Virus record (IMG/VR): IMGVR_UViG_3300027751_000004
Location: 56,034-120,033 of that record
Length of the DNA: 64,000 nt
Origin: a virus
Taxonomy: Duplodnaviria; Caudoviricetes
Strand: one strand, 5' to 3'
The position numbers and the translations under genes were made by a program. Below the pieces are notes generated by a model. That model was given only the letters and a program-made list of their open reading frames with translations, was not told the origin of the DNA and made no database searches. Positions 27,904 through 38,500 of this stretch are shown piece after piece (the first letter of the stretch is position 1; each line of letters begins with the position of its first letter).

Positions 27904-28344
27904 CTAACCGCCTTCATCGATGTGTGTTGTCGAATCAGAATCGACATTATTTTCTTCCTCATCGGGCGTCTCATCGTTGACGACTTCTTCACTGGTGTCT
28001 ACTTCAGGGACTACGTCCCAAGGATTAATGTTATGTTCGACAGGTGTTTTAGATAAAGCAATATCTCCTGCAATTTGCGATTCGGTATCTGAAACTTCTT
28101 CCTCTCCGAGCGAAGATTTAACCCAACCGATTACAATATCTTTAGTGACATCCGCCCATGCAATGTAGTTTTCAGAAGAAGGATCTGCATCAGTATGAAC
28201 ACTGCCATAACGTCTACCACGGTGAATTACCTGTTTGTCGCCAACTTGTTCCGTCTCATAATCTGAGGCTTCCCAATGTACCATTTTGATAGCACCATCA
28301 GAGATATTCGAGTCAACCTTTGTTATATTCCAAACTATTGCCAT
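27904..28344 (-). CDS. Small fibre-associated protein (possible assembly factor)
   Basis: W.I...D.......V.W......F/YI.W..VT...V.GWV...LG pattern; directly after an S74 fibre gene. Confidence 0.6.
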   Translation of the reverse strand: MAIVWNITKVDSNISDGAIKMVHWEASDYETEQVGDKQVIHRGRRYGSVHTDADPSSENYIAWADVTKDIVIGWVKSSLGEEEVSDTESQIAGDIALSKTPVEHNINPWDVVPEVDTSEEVVNDETPDEEENNVDSDSTTHIDEGG

Positions 28345-28346
28345 AA

Positions 28347-30095
28347 TTATTCACCTTTCTCACTAATTTTAGATTCTAGATACGCCACTTTTTGGGTCAA
28401 CTCTTTTACTGCTTCTATCAACAAGGGTGTTAGTTTGTCGTAAGAAACACTTTTATAATCTTCTCCGAACTCGTCTTGACCTACCGCAGATTTAGTTACA
28501 ATCTCAGGTAATACTTCCTCAACCTCTTGAGCAGATACACCGACCTCTAGTTCGGTATTATCCACACCCAAAGAATGCGCTAATGCGTTTGGTTTATAGT
28601 AATATCCTGTGAGTTTATTAACTTTATCTAGAGCATCTGGAATTGCTCCCTTAAAGTCTTTCAGTCTTTCGTCAGAGTAATATGCAGTCACATTACCTGT
28701 AGCAATGATATTACCATTAACGTGAAGTGCTTCAAGTGGGGACGAGACACCTATCCCAAATTTACCACTTGCGTCTAACCGATGTTTTTCTCCGTTGCTA
28801 CCATATAAAAATTGTATCGATGCGCCAGAACCAGAACCATGATAACTTTGAACTTGAGCCAACGAAGAGAAATTGCCGAATCTAAAGAATGAAGTAGTAT
28901 TAGTATTGAGTAATTGAAGACCTTGTTGAGTAGTATTAGTACTAGTTGACGTACTCTCTACAATTAAAGGTACTCCAGAAGTTCTTCTAATCTTTGTAGC
29001 ACCATTGAGGTAATTCTGGCCAGTAGACTGAAGTGAAGAGTTGATATTTACATATCTAGATCCAGAATTTCCAGACCCAGCGCAGATATTGACGGTCTTT
29101 ACCCCGCCTGAAGCCAAGTTACTCCCAATATCGATAGTGGCTGCATTAGTGACAGTTGTGGCACCGCTACCAATAGATATATTTTGAGAAACAGTACTAT
29201 TCCCAAGTGTTATTGTACCTGTACCAGTAGTTTTACCAATAGTAATTGTGCGAGAGGCAAGAACTGGAGTTATAGTAAAGTTATGCCCATTAAAATTAGT
29301 ATCGCCGTATTGGAATGTAGTATTACCACGAATCGCTACGGTTGTTGTACCAAAAGTGGGATCAGCACCACCTATTGTTACTGCTGTATCACTACCCTGT
29401 GAGTTCTTTGCCGCAATATTTACTGTAGAAGTACCGCTACCTGAACCGCTACCAATATTAATGATTTGCTCTTGATCAGACTCCGTTGTGGCATTACCAA
29501 TATCGATCGTATTGTCTTTGGTACTTTTACCGAGAGTGATTGTGCCTGTACCAGTAATTTTACCGATATTAATAGTGTCAGAGGTAGAATTTGGATTTAC
29601 TGTAAAGTTACCGCCATTAAAGGCAACCGCACCATTCGTAAATGTACTAGCACCACGAATCGCAACTGTGTGAGAACCAGTTGAATTAGAGCAACCAATA
29701 GTCACTGCTGTATTTGAGGCAGTGAGTGTATTTGCGGCTAAATTCAATACAGTGTCGCCACCAGAAGCGTTCCCACCACCGATATTAATTGTTTGAGTTG
29801 CCTCATTTGCTGTTACGGCATTACCAATATTGATTGTGTTGGTTGCGGTACTTTGACCAATGGTGATCGTGCCTTCTTGAGCAGTTGCGCCAAGAGTAAT
29901 AGTGTCTGCTGCAGTTCCAGGATTTACGGTGAAGGATTCGGTGATGTTTGCGCCAATCTGAAATATAGTACTTCCGCCACGAGAGTATAAAATTTTGTCT
30001 GCGGTATTGAGGGCTAGTTCGCCTTCTACGATATTGTCGGTGTCAGGAGCATTACCAGACTGGCTACTCCTCTTGAGTTTTAGAACGGTTGACAT
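28347..30095 (-). CDS. Tail fibre/spike with repeated beta-helix-like units and C-terminal peptidase S74 intramolecular chaperone
   Basis: N-terminal KLKRS...P....GELALNT.D..LY; T.TIG/T.NIG repeats; YSDERLK...GVSAQEV..VLPE.V...V.Y.KL.PLLIEAVKEL. Confidence 0.88.
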   Translation of the reverse strand: MSTVLKLKRSSQSGNAPDTDNIVEGELALNTADKILYSRGGSTIFQIGANITESFTVNPGTAADTITLGATAQEGTITIGQSTATNTINIGNAVTANEATQTINIGGGNASGGDTVLNLAANTLTASNTAVTIGCSNSTGSHTVAIRGASTFTNGAVAFNGGNFTVNPNSTSDTINIGKITGTGTITLGKSTKDNTIDIGNATTESDQEQIINIGSGSGSGTSTVNIAAKNSQGSDTAVTIGGADPTFGTTTVAIRGNTTFQYGDTNFNGHNFTITPVLASRTITIGKTTGTGTITLGNSTVSQNISIGSGATTVTNAATIDIGSNLASGGVKTVNICAGSGNSGSRYVNINSSLQSTGQNYLNGATKIRRTSGVPLIVESTSTSTNTTQQGLQLLNTNTTSFFRFGNFSSLAQVQSYHGSGSGASIQFLYGSNGEKHRLDASGKFGIGVSSPLEALHVNGNIIATGNVTAYYSDERLKDFKGAIPDALDKVNKLTGYYYKPNALAHSLGVDNTELEVGVSAQEVEEVLPEIVTKSAVGQDEFGEDYKSVSYDKLTPLLIEAVKELTQKVAYLESKISEKGE

Positions 30096-30166
30096 ATATA
30101 TGTCCTCGAATTTTAATGGCTATATAGCCGTGAAATTTTTAAAGTGAGCAGTATATACTACCCACT
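30091..30166 (-). promoter_or_regulatory. Structured 5' leader with three AUAU-loop hairpins
   Basis: Inverted repeats at 30143-30166, 30118-30129 and 30091-30104, each centred on TATATA; the last includes the start codon. Confidence 0.65.
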
Positions 30167-30173
30167 GTATCTA

Positions 30174-30181
30174 TATTTATA
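30174..30181 (-). promoter_or_regulatory. T4-type late promoter (fibre operon)
   Basis: TATAAATA overlapping the stop codon of 30177..32078. Confidence 0.82.
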
Positions 30182-32078
30182 CGTCGAAAGAACCGCCATC
30201 GATAATGTTACTAAATGCTGGTGTACCAGCACTATCTGCTTGTAAAATAGATCCATCAGCAGTTGATGCTGCTGTTACCGCTAGAGCATTAGCACCATTA
30301 CCAAGTACAACGCCATTAGAAGTAACTGTAGCTAAACCAGTACCACCGTTCGTTACAGGTAGTGTTGCAGTCACCTTAGTAGTAAGATCAATAGATCCTG
30401 CTAACATGGTATTTGTGATGCCACTAGCTTTTACTTGTAATGCGTCCGAAGCAATTTCTATAGATGATCCATCAACCGCAACATTTAACGTGTTACCACT
30501 TTTTGTTAATGCGGAACCAGCCTCAATTTGACCAGCACCAGAGAACTGTTCAAAGATGATGTCATCATTGGCTCCTCCAATGGCAGTATGAGTTTCTGTT
30601 TGAACAAAACCATTAGAGCCATTTATAGTTCCGTTTTCAACGAATAGGAAGTCACCAGAAGCAATCTCATCTACCGTGTCAAAATCTGATGCTCTTGTAA
30701 ATGTTGTTGAATCGGTTCTAATGTAGATACCGTTATGCTCTTGAGCAGTTTCGTCTTTAATTAGAATCCTGTCACCGTCTACTAAGGTATATCCATCAAG
30801 TGTTGAGATTCCAGTAGAAAGTATTAATGTCGCATCGACCCCAGCATCTTCATTATCATAGGTTACTGTGCCACCACTCTCAGTCGCTAAGTCTTGTGTT
30901 GTTGCAGCTTTTGCAGAAGCATGAACATGAAGACCTTCAGCAATTGCATCAACATAAGATTTAGGAACTACTGAGTCTGCATCTAAATTAGTTCTAGTTT
31001 CATACGAACTAGGTAGTTTAACAACACCTTGCCCATTAGGTGAGAGAATTAGGTCTCCGTCTGTGTCTGTTGTTAGAATCGAGTTATCTTTGATTTGGAC
31101 ATTATCGATATCAACTTGAGTAAGTCCTGCCAGTGCGGTAGCTGATGCGCCAAGATCAATTTCGGTTATACCGACTGTGACACTATCGTTAGTAAGTTTT
31201 CCGTTTGCTACGGAAGCATCTACTAACTGTGATCCATTAATTGAAAGATCTGCTTGATGTGCTGTAACGTCGTCAGAAGTTACTGAATAACTTGTGATGT
31301 ATCCAGCGCCATTTGTAAGCGTATTATTATTTGTTGGAATATCACTTGTAAGCGCAACAGTACCAGTTGCTGTTGGAAGCGTTAACGTACCAGTGTTACT
31401 AATAGAAGAAATTACAGGTGTTGTCAGTGTTTTATTCGTAAGAGTTTGTGTGCCAGTTAATGTCGCAACTGTTGATGAATCTATTGCGAATGATACCTGA
31501 TTGTTTGAAACCGTAGTATCAATACCAGTACCGCCAGCAAATGTTAATGTGTCTGTACCAACAGTAACGACATCATCAGTACCACTATCAGCACCAACCG
31601 TAAGGCTGGCAGACAAAGAACTTGTTGCAAAATCAACATATTCTTTAGTAACTAATGAGTCATCGCCTAATCCAGCTCGATCTTTATATCCAGAAGGAAC
31701 ATTAACAACTCCAGTGCCCTTTGGGGTGAGGGTAATTGAAAGGTTAGCTTCAGTACTTTGCGCAGCAATATCAGCATCGTGATACTTTAAATTAGCAGCA
31801 GCAGTACCGATTGTAAGTTCGTCTAGACGGCTATCGCCATCAACAATAAGCGCAGAACTAGCAGTTGTAGTACCAGCAGCATGATCCAACATATCGGTAA
31901 AGTGCTGACCGCCAATTACAATTGGATTAACTTGGGTCCCACCTGAACCGTCGGATTCAGTTTTACCAATAAAGAGTTTATTTGAGGCGTATGAATATGC
32001 TTGTTCCGCTTGCGCTAGTATATCTCCACCTGGTTCATTAGCAGTACTAGCACTTTTAATTTTAATTACTGTCGCCAT
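30177..32078 (-). CDS. Fibre-like virion structural protein
   Basis: 633 aa, T/G/A/S-rich; TLTGTQTLTNKTLT, TKEYVD/KSYVD, GDRILIKD.T...NGIY, LPVTNGGTG motifs typical of phage fibres. Confidence 0.8.
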   Translation of the reverse strand: MATVIKIKSASTANEPGGDILAQAEQAYSYASNKLFIGKTESDGSGGTQVNPIVIGGQHFTDMLDHAAGTTTASSALIVDGDSRLDELTIGTAAANLKYHDADIAAQSTEANLSITLTPKGTGVVNVPSGYKDRAGLGDDSLVTKEYVDFATSSLSASLTVGADSGTDDVVTVGTDTLTFAGGTGIDTTVSNNQVSFAIDSSTVATLTGTQTLTNKTLTTPVISSISNTGTLTLPTATGTVALTSDIPTNNNTLTNGAGYITSYSVTSDDVTAHQADLSINGSQLVDASVANGKLTNDSVTVGITEIDLGASATALAGLTQVDIDNVQIKDNSILTTDTDGDLILSPNGQGVVKLPSSYETRTNLDADSVVPKSYVDAIAEGLHVHASAKAATTQDLATESGGTVTYDNEDAGVDATLILSTGISTLDGYTLVDGDRILIKDETAQEHNGIYIRTDSTTFTRASDFDTVDEIASGDFLFVENGTINGSNGFVQTETHTAIGGANDDIIFEQFSGAGQIEAGSALTKSGNTLNVAVDGSSIEIASDALQVKASGITNTMLAGSIDLTTKVTATLPVTNGGTGLATVTSNGVVLGNGANALAVTAASTADGSILQADSAGTPAFSNIIDGGSFDV

Positions 32079-32339
32079 CTAGAAAGACCCTCCGGAGATG
32101 CGCAAATTTTCGTTTTCTACTTCTGATTTTGTTTCAAACTTTTCTGTTGCTGCGTTATAGATTAACACAGATCCATCAGCTAGTGCAGCTGTATCTACGT
32201 CGGTGAGCTCGGTTAGAGCAATTACTGGAGTTCCAGCACCACCTGCTACAGCAACAGATCTAGCTTGTATAGTATTTGACCTGCCTATAGAAGCACTTAG
32301 ATTATTTGTTTGCTGACCTATTTTACCTACCAATGACAT
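32079..32339 (-). CDS. Small virion/fibre-associated protein
   Basis: L.EL.DVD.....GSVLIYN....F motif; ends ISGGSF. Confidence 0.7.
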   Translation of the reverse strand: MSLVGKIGQQTNNLSASIGRSNTIQARSVAVAGGAGTPVIALTELTDVDTAALADGSVLIYNAATEKFETKSEVENENLRISGGSF

Positions 32340-32683
32340 TAGGTGTAATCCCTTGTAACTGAAGGAGTTATTTCTAGTTGTCCCTCAAGAACTCTCGTAG
32401 GGACATTACCGCCCGACATAACAATAACGTCATAAACATATCTTCCAGGTTTCATAGCCTGAGAAGTTGCGCCATCTATTCGCATAGTAACCTCTCCAGC
32501 TGGACCATTTCCTATGGTAACCTGATCAAACGCTGTTGCAGTTACAGATCTATATGTTTTACGGATAGATGCATATGCAGTGAATCCCGATAAGTCTTGA
32601 ACGTTACCGTCAGCGTCTTCGACAGTCAAAGCAGTAGTAAATGTACTACCTTGATCGATAACTAGATTAGCATATGCAGCCAT
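32339..32683 (-). CDS. Virion structural protein (BppU-N-like fibre attachment domain)
   Basis: NL.IDQG.TF, DL.G.T....IRK, GRYVYDV, RVLEG....P.VT. Confidence 0.72.
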   Translation of the reverse strand: MAAYANLVIDQGSTFTTALTVEDADGNVQDLSGFTAYASIRKTYRSVTATAFDQVTIGNGPAGEVTMRIDGATSQAMKPGRYVYDVIVMSGGNVPTRVLEGQLEITPSVTRDYT

Positions 32684-32707
32684 TACTATCCTTTTTGTTT
32701 AACTCTT

Positions 32708-35311
32708 TTACTTATTTATACTTTTAATTGATTGTAATTCTTCTTTTAGAGAATCAATTTGACCTTGCTGCTCTTTAATTGCTTCGATTAATAGACCAAC
32801 CATGTTACCATAAGCAACAGTATGTAAGCCGCCTTTTTCGCCAACAGCTTCTGGTAATACTTTAAGAACTTCCTGTGCGATAACACCAGTTTGTCTCGAA
32901 GTTTCAATATCAGTACGATCAAACGTGTAACCATTAAGTTGCTGTACTTTATCTACTGCGTCTTCGATTACTTCAACGTTTTCTTTAATACTCTCATCAG
33001 AGAATGCGGTAATATCTCCAGTAGCATTAATTTGTCCATTAACATTTAAGTTACCTTCAGTTACAACGCCAGAGTCTATATCGGTATCTGTACCATGAGG
33101 GGCAACTAACCTCAAGACTCTTCCATCTATTACTAAACCAGCTACTAATTTTTCAGAATAGTCTATCTCCCCTAGACCATCTTCATCTATGGTATTAAAT
33201 GAGTTGAAACTATCGTCACTTTTGTAAAATGTCCCCAAAATACATGTGTCACCACTAACCCTCCTAAAACCTTCAACAGTTTCTGAATCATAATAGTCCT
33301 TAAAATCTTCTGTGCTACCTTTAAAGAAAGCCAACCTAGTGTTTATAGTAGTCAACTTCTCATAGGGTGAGTATGTTTCATCATCGCTGACGTGACGATT
33401 GGCGCCAACCCCCCCAGCCCATGTGTAATCATCAGACCTTATGACAGTAGAACGTCTTATTATTTCGGGGTCTATACCTCTTTGACCTAGTATAACTTGA
33501 CGTTGTCTTCTAATAGTTTCTGAATCAGATAGACTACTACATTCAAATGGGTTGTCATCAGATATACCGTCTAGATTAAAATGGGAAGGTTCTTTTGTTA
33601 TCCCACCCCCATTGAGTAATTCTAAACCTTGAGAGTCTGCAGACTCATGCTCTAATCCTGTAGCTGCCTTATCTATTACTACGTTAGGTAAAGAAACTTG
33701 GTAAGCTGCATACTGAGGGTTGTATTCTATGCCTAATGGAATAGCTTTATCTCTGCCTGTTGATGGTATATCATCACCGCTAGCAGTTACTGTACTATGC
33801 CCATGGCCAGATTGAAATGGGGTTTTTGGGGATCTTATATAAAGGTTTCCAGGAGTACCAGCACCTGTACCACCACTAATATAGATATTAATGTCACCGC
33901 CCTCAACATCATTTACGCCATCTATATGGGCTAAACCTGCAGAAATGTTAATTCCTGGACTAATACCTTGACCAGTACTGACGCTATGTCTCATTGGAGT
34001 CAATTGTATAACTGAATTTGTAACTTCATCTATAGTCGCATCAGATAGTTTAGCATCTGTTAATGTAGAATCTATAGACTTATTATTATCACCACCCCAA
34101 TCTGCTGTTGCACCACCTTTCAAAAGCAAGTAACCACCATTGTACTTTTCTTCGTGACCAGTAAGTGGACTGTATGTAGTGTTAGAAGCAGAAATTACAA
34201 CATCTGCTCCATTTCTGTCATTGAAGTTGTCATAATGCGTGGCAAAACCATCGCTAACCAAGGCGTCAAAAGGAGCTATACGAATATCTTTTTGAGATCG
34301 AAGGCCACCGACTACAATATCATCAAAGTCCGCATACCTTAAAGAAATATCAGATCGATCAGCTTCAAAGTAACCATTTGGAACCATTACCCGACCATAA
34401 TCATTCTGAACGCTACCAGCGGTGCCGTCAGCAGGCGCAGGCATCAATGATAGTGGAAATATAAAATCAAACTCTTTAAAATCTATCTTATAGATGCCTT
34501 CATCATTGGTATCTGGGTCATCCCCAGTTTGACTGACAAAGTTAACCTCAATTCGTAATTCATCAGGTCTGTAATCATCATTGGCTTCGTCTACTACAAC
34601 ATAATCATTTACTGAATTATCAGACTGGAAGCCAGTAACCTCCAACACCCTTTCTCCACCATCATATGAAACGCTAATTTGAGAACCAATTAGGTCTTGT
34701 GTATTGAAGTTGGAAATTAAAGTCCAAAATTTATTGTGATGGGGTCGCCACATGGTATCATTAGCAGCTTTTGTAAACTCTGCATTTTCTGTTATATCTC
34801 GTATGCGAATATATTGAGTTGCTGAGTTTTCATCAACGCCATCGACATACCTTATATCTGATTGTCCAGCTGAACCAGTATCATTACTAATATTGTATGT
34901 AAGTCCTTTCTCACCAGAAGGATCTCCAGTTTCCCCTAAGAAAACACGTTGGCTACCGCCATCTAATGTAGGATCAAAATAGTTACTTTTTATTACAATC
35001 TTCGACCTATCATCTATTATTAGGTTACTGTCAAACTTTTGCCAATCTAAATCAGCGCCATTAACCCAATCATGAGGGGTGTATTGACCGCCTATAGATG
35101 AAGATACTTTAGGGAATGCAGTCGATAGGTCAAGTTCTACTTGAGGGTATGCGTCTGTTATACCGTCGTTACCAATAGGGGTAAAGGTTATTGTACCGCT
35201 AGAAAAAGCAATTCCGCCATAAAAAGATTCGTTGTTCAAGTTAGTGAAGTTAGCGTCAACCTCCACAAAGGTAAGTGCGTCATTGTTGACTCTTAGATTC
35301 AGATTCGCCAT
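32708..35311 (-). CDS. Tail fibre/spike with C-terminal peptidase S74 chaperone
   Basis: N-terminal LT..EVDANF..LN; C-terminal GDITAFSDESIKENV...GVIAQEV..VLPEAV...VAYGNMVGLLIEAIKE. Confidence 0.85.
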   Translation of the reverse strand: MANLNLRVNNDALTFVEVDANFTNLNNESFYGGIAFSSGTITFTPIGNDGITDAYPQVELDLSTAFPKVSSSIGGQYTPHDWVNGADLDWQKFDSNLIIDDRSKIVIKSNYFDPTLDGGSQRVFLGETGDPSGEKGLTYNISNDTGSAGQSDIRYVDGVDENSATQYIRIRDITENAEFTKAANDTMWRPHHNKFWTLISNFNTQDLIGSQISVSYDGGERVLEVTGFQSDNSVNDYVVVDEANDDYRPDELRIEVNFVSQTGDDPDTNDEGIYKIDFKEFDFIFPLSLMPAPADGTAGSVQNDYGRVMVPNGYFEADRSDISLRYADFDDIVVGGLRSQKDIRIAPFDALVSDGFATHYDNFNDRNGADVVISASNTTYSPLTGHEEKYNGGYLLLKGGATADWGGDNNKSIDSTLTDAKLSDATIDEVTNSVIQLTPMRHSVSTGQGISPGINISAGLAHIDGVNDVEGGDINIYISGGTGAGTPGNLYIRSPKTPFQSGHGHSTVTASGDDIPSTGRDKAIPLGIEYNPQYAAYQVSLPNVVIDKAATGLEHESADSQGLELLNGGGITKEPSHFNLDGISDDNPFECSSLSDSETIRRQRQVILGQRGIDPEIIRRSTVIRSDDYTWAGGVGANRHVSDDETYSPYEKLTTINTRLAFFKGSTEDFKDYYDSETVEGFRRVSGDTCILGTFYKSDDSFNSFNTIDEDGLGEIDYSEKLVAGLVIDGRVLRLVAPHGTDTDIDSGVVTEGNLNVNGQINATGDITAFSDESIKENVEVIEDAVDKVQQLNGYTFDRTDIETSRQTGVIAQEVLKVLPEAVGEKGGLHTVAYGNMVGLLIEAIKEQQGQIDSLKEELQSIKSINK
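32713..32720 (-). promoter_or_regulatory. T4-type late promoter
   Basis: TATAAATA in the last codons of 32708..35311, about 30 nt upstream of ATG 32683. Confidence 0.78.
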
Positions 35312-35315
35312 TAAA

Positions 35316-35552
35316 TTATACCCTGTTTAGTAATTCTTGCAATAGTCCTTTGATTTCGGACATTTCCTGTTTAAGATTATTTATATCTTTTTCAGCATGC
35401 TCTAATTTCATATTCTTAGCTTTTGCTGCTTTGGCTGCAGCAATCGCATTTTTGTATGCCGATTTATTCGTATTAACTATAGCATGAGAATACGGATCCC
35501 TCACGAGATCCGGATTATCCTCAACTTTTGTAACATTATCTAAATCTACCAT
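35316..35552 (-). CDS. Small coiled-coil hypothetical protein
   Basis: KVE....LVRD..S.AIVNTN...Y, then heptad-rich DINNLKQEMSEIKGLL. Confidence 0.8.
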   Translation of the reverse strand: MVDLDNVTKVEDNPDLVRDPYSHAIVNTNKSAYKNAIAAAKAAKAKNMKLEHAEKDINNLKQEMSEIKGLLQELLNRV

Positions 35553-35553
35553 T

Positions 35554-38500
35554 TTACAACGCCAGTGCTATTGCTCTTAAGTCTTTTACCAAAGGTGGTT
35601 GAGAAGAATTAATCCCTTTCATCTTAATCTTAATAGAGAAAGATATAAACTCTGGTATGTTATCTTGAGTATATTCATGCTCTTTGAACGAAGTTCTGTT
35701 AACAGATTTAGACATTTCAATATCAGTCTCGCCATGCGTATTGAAGTAATTCCACCCCAGTTCGTCAAAATCAGAAGAATCATCAGACCTTAAGACCTTA
35801 TACATCACTTCAAGATCCGAACCAGCATTTACGACTGCATCTAAAATAACCTTAATAGATGTAGCAGGGTTTTTAAGCTGGACACGTTTAGTGATGTAGA
35901 CAGATTCTGAACTATCTCCTTCAGGGGCTGTAGCTGGTATAAACGTTGTTGAAGAATCTACGTCCGATTCTTCAGAGATATAATCTATTCTATTAGCATA
36001 TGCTGTTATAGATTTACGCTCTAAATCCACTATAGGGGACAAAGTTGATGTTTTTGTAGATAACGTCAATTCCACTTCTGCAGATTTATTACCGCCCAAT
36101 ATCTCTCCAGACTCATTAACCGAAGAAGCTATGATTTTTGGTTCTTTGAACTCTGTTCTTTCAATAAGTTCAGTCTTCGAATACTGACCAGCAACAAATG
36201 GTATCTGGTTACCAGATACTGAAGTACCAGTAGCGAATTTTATTCTGGTATCAATGTTAGTTTCTGGATAAGTTACAACAGGGAGCATTAACTGATAAGC
36301 ATCAACCAAGGCATTTTCTGTAGCAGTTACATAACTACTGCCAATTGCTGAATCTTGAACCGCTGTTACTGATGGACTATTTGCAGAGTCTAGAGAATCA
36401 GAAGAAATATCTATAGTATAGTGATCCAAACCATATCCATGGATTTCATGAACCCTATTGACGTTGACTAGAGAAATACCATTAGATTCATAAAGTTCTA
36501 CCGTGGTTGTTTGGAAACTTCCGTCTTCGCCAGAATGGAAAGAAATAGGACTATTGATCCCTCTATCTTGGGTTGCGCTAGAAACAGTTATAGAATATTC
36601 GCCAGATGTACCAGTTGCAGCGATAGTGCCATATATAATCTCGTTTTCAATTTCATCTTTATTATTACTTACTAATTTGAAGTAATGGTCTCCGCTTGTT
36701 GGCATACTAGAGTGTAAATCTTTTATTATCATTGTTGTAGCTGAACTTGTGATATCAGATTTAAGATTTGCCGTTATTCCGCTAGATGCTCCTTCGATTC
36801 TCACTTTATTAGTATAATTCCCTGTATTATAATACATATGATGATTAGGGTGTAGTACCTTAATAATTGAAGAACCAGAAGAGCAAATTAATGGATTATT
36901 TCTTAATTGTTTTAGGGGGACATCTTCATTTTCTAAGGTAATAACACCTTCTTGAGAAGTATCAAATTCAGCACGATAAACCGTGAACTTTAGATCTTCA
37001 TAATCATATGCTGTCCAAGTAGAGTTGTTTTGAGATTTAAACAAAACACCAAGATATGGCTGCTCATCAATATTTCGGACACCATCTATATCAGTATCGC
37101 CTAACTTGGATATCCATGTAGTATAACCGATAGAATCTGTCATTAATACAATACAAATTTCTTGGTTAGCTTTTACATATACTGGGTTAGGGAACTCGAA
37201 ACTCGTAGCAGCAGTACCTACTTGAGATACATTAACGTCAGAAGGGTCTAGAGTTATCGAAGCACTAGGTAATACTTTACGAGTCGGTAATCCATTTTCC
37301 ATTTCCCTTAATTGTAGAGTTACAGGGGCATGATCGTCTTTACCAGCAAAGAATACGTCTACTTTAGTGATGAACTCACCGCCTGGAACAGATGGCATAA
37401 TAGATTGAGCCAGTGGGTCATACCAACCAACTTGTACAAGACCTAAATCTCTTGATCTACTGACTTCTACGTTTTCTTGAACCGACCTAGTTTCAACTCG
37501 ACCGTTACGAGTAGCGGTGAATGTTTCTTGCATACTATTCAAAGTGCCAGTTGCGGTGTATTTTTCTTGGGCGAAAGTATCTACCGTTTCCTTAGCATTC
37601 GATGAGCTCGATGTAAGTCTAAATAATCTAGAGCCAGTCCGGAACGCTGGATTACCACTTATTTTAGAATCAGGGATAGTAAACGTACCTGAAACAAAAC
37701 CAGAAGCATCAGTAACAAGTGCTTTTGTGTCTACATCCTCTGTCCGTACAAACCTTTCGATACTATCTGGGTTTTCTATTTGTCTTGCACCGCCACGCAA
37801 TCTAACTGTCCAACGTGCAATTCTGGCATTCGCATCAACTCTTCCTTCCGAATAAAGGTTTTGATCTGAACGATAGTTAATACCGTCAATCAAGTAACCA
37901 TCAAGCATAGCACCGCCATCAACAATAGCTTCTGGAGTTCTAATAAAGGAATGCTCGATAATCTCAGCATATTCTATATTAGAAATAAGAGAGTTATACA
38001 AGTTCCAGCTTTCTGCGTTAGTATGATTACCGCCACCTCCAGGTCCAACCCCAGAATTTAAATCAGGGCTTAGAGAAAAATTCTCATTAAAGAATTGAAC
38101 TTCAGAGATCTGCATAGCACGCATTGGTTTCTTTTTATAAAAGGTTTTACCAGCTAATGTAGGTCTCTTCGGATATGGATCTGGATACGTTTTCTTAGTT
38201 GTCGGATCATCAGCAATATTTCTAACGTAAAAAGTAAAGTAAAGGTCTCCATTATCACTAGGTTCTATCAACGCATTATCGTCAAATATAAATTCAATTA
38301 CATCCCTATCTTTAGTATTTCTTGCGCTTGTATTCGCTTCTAATCTTCGATATTGAAGACCCGCATGAGTTTCTTCTCCTTCCAAAACTGTATCTACAAT
38401 AGGATCCCCATCACCAAGACGTCTTGTTTGATTACCAGCAAGCACTGAGAATTTAGTAATATCATTACTATTCTTATCAAAAGATATAAGTATCCGTTTC

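Noticed and set aside
26642-35311. Diversity-generating retroelement acting on fibre genes
   Set aside because: No reverse transcriptase and no template/variable repeat pair noticed in the window
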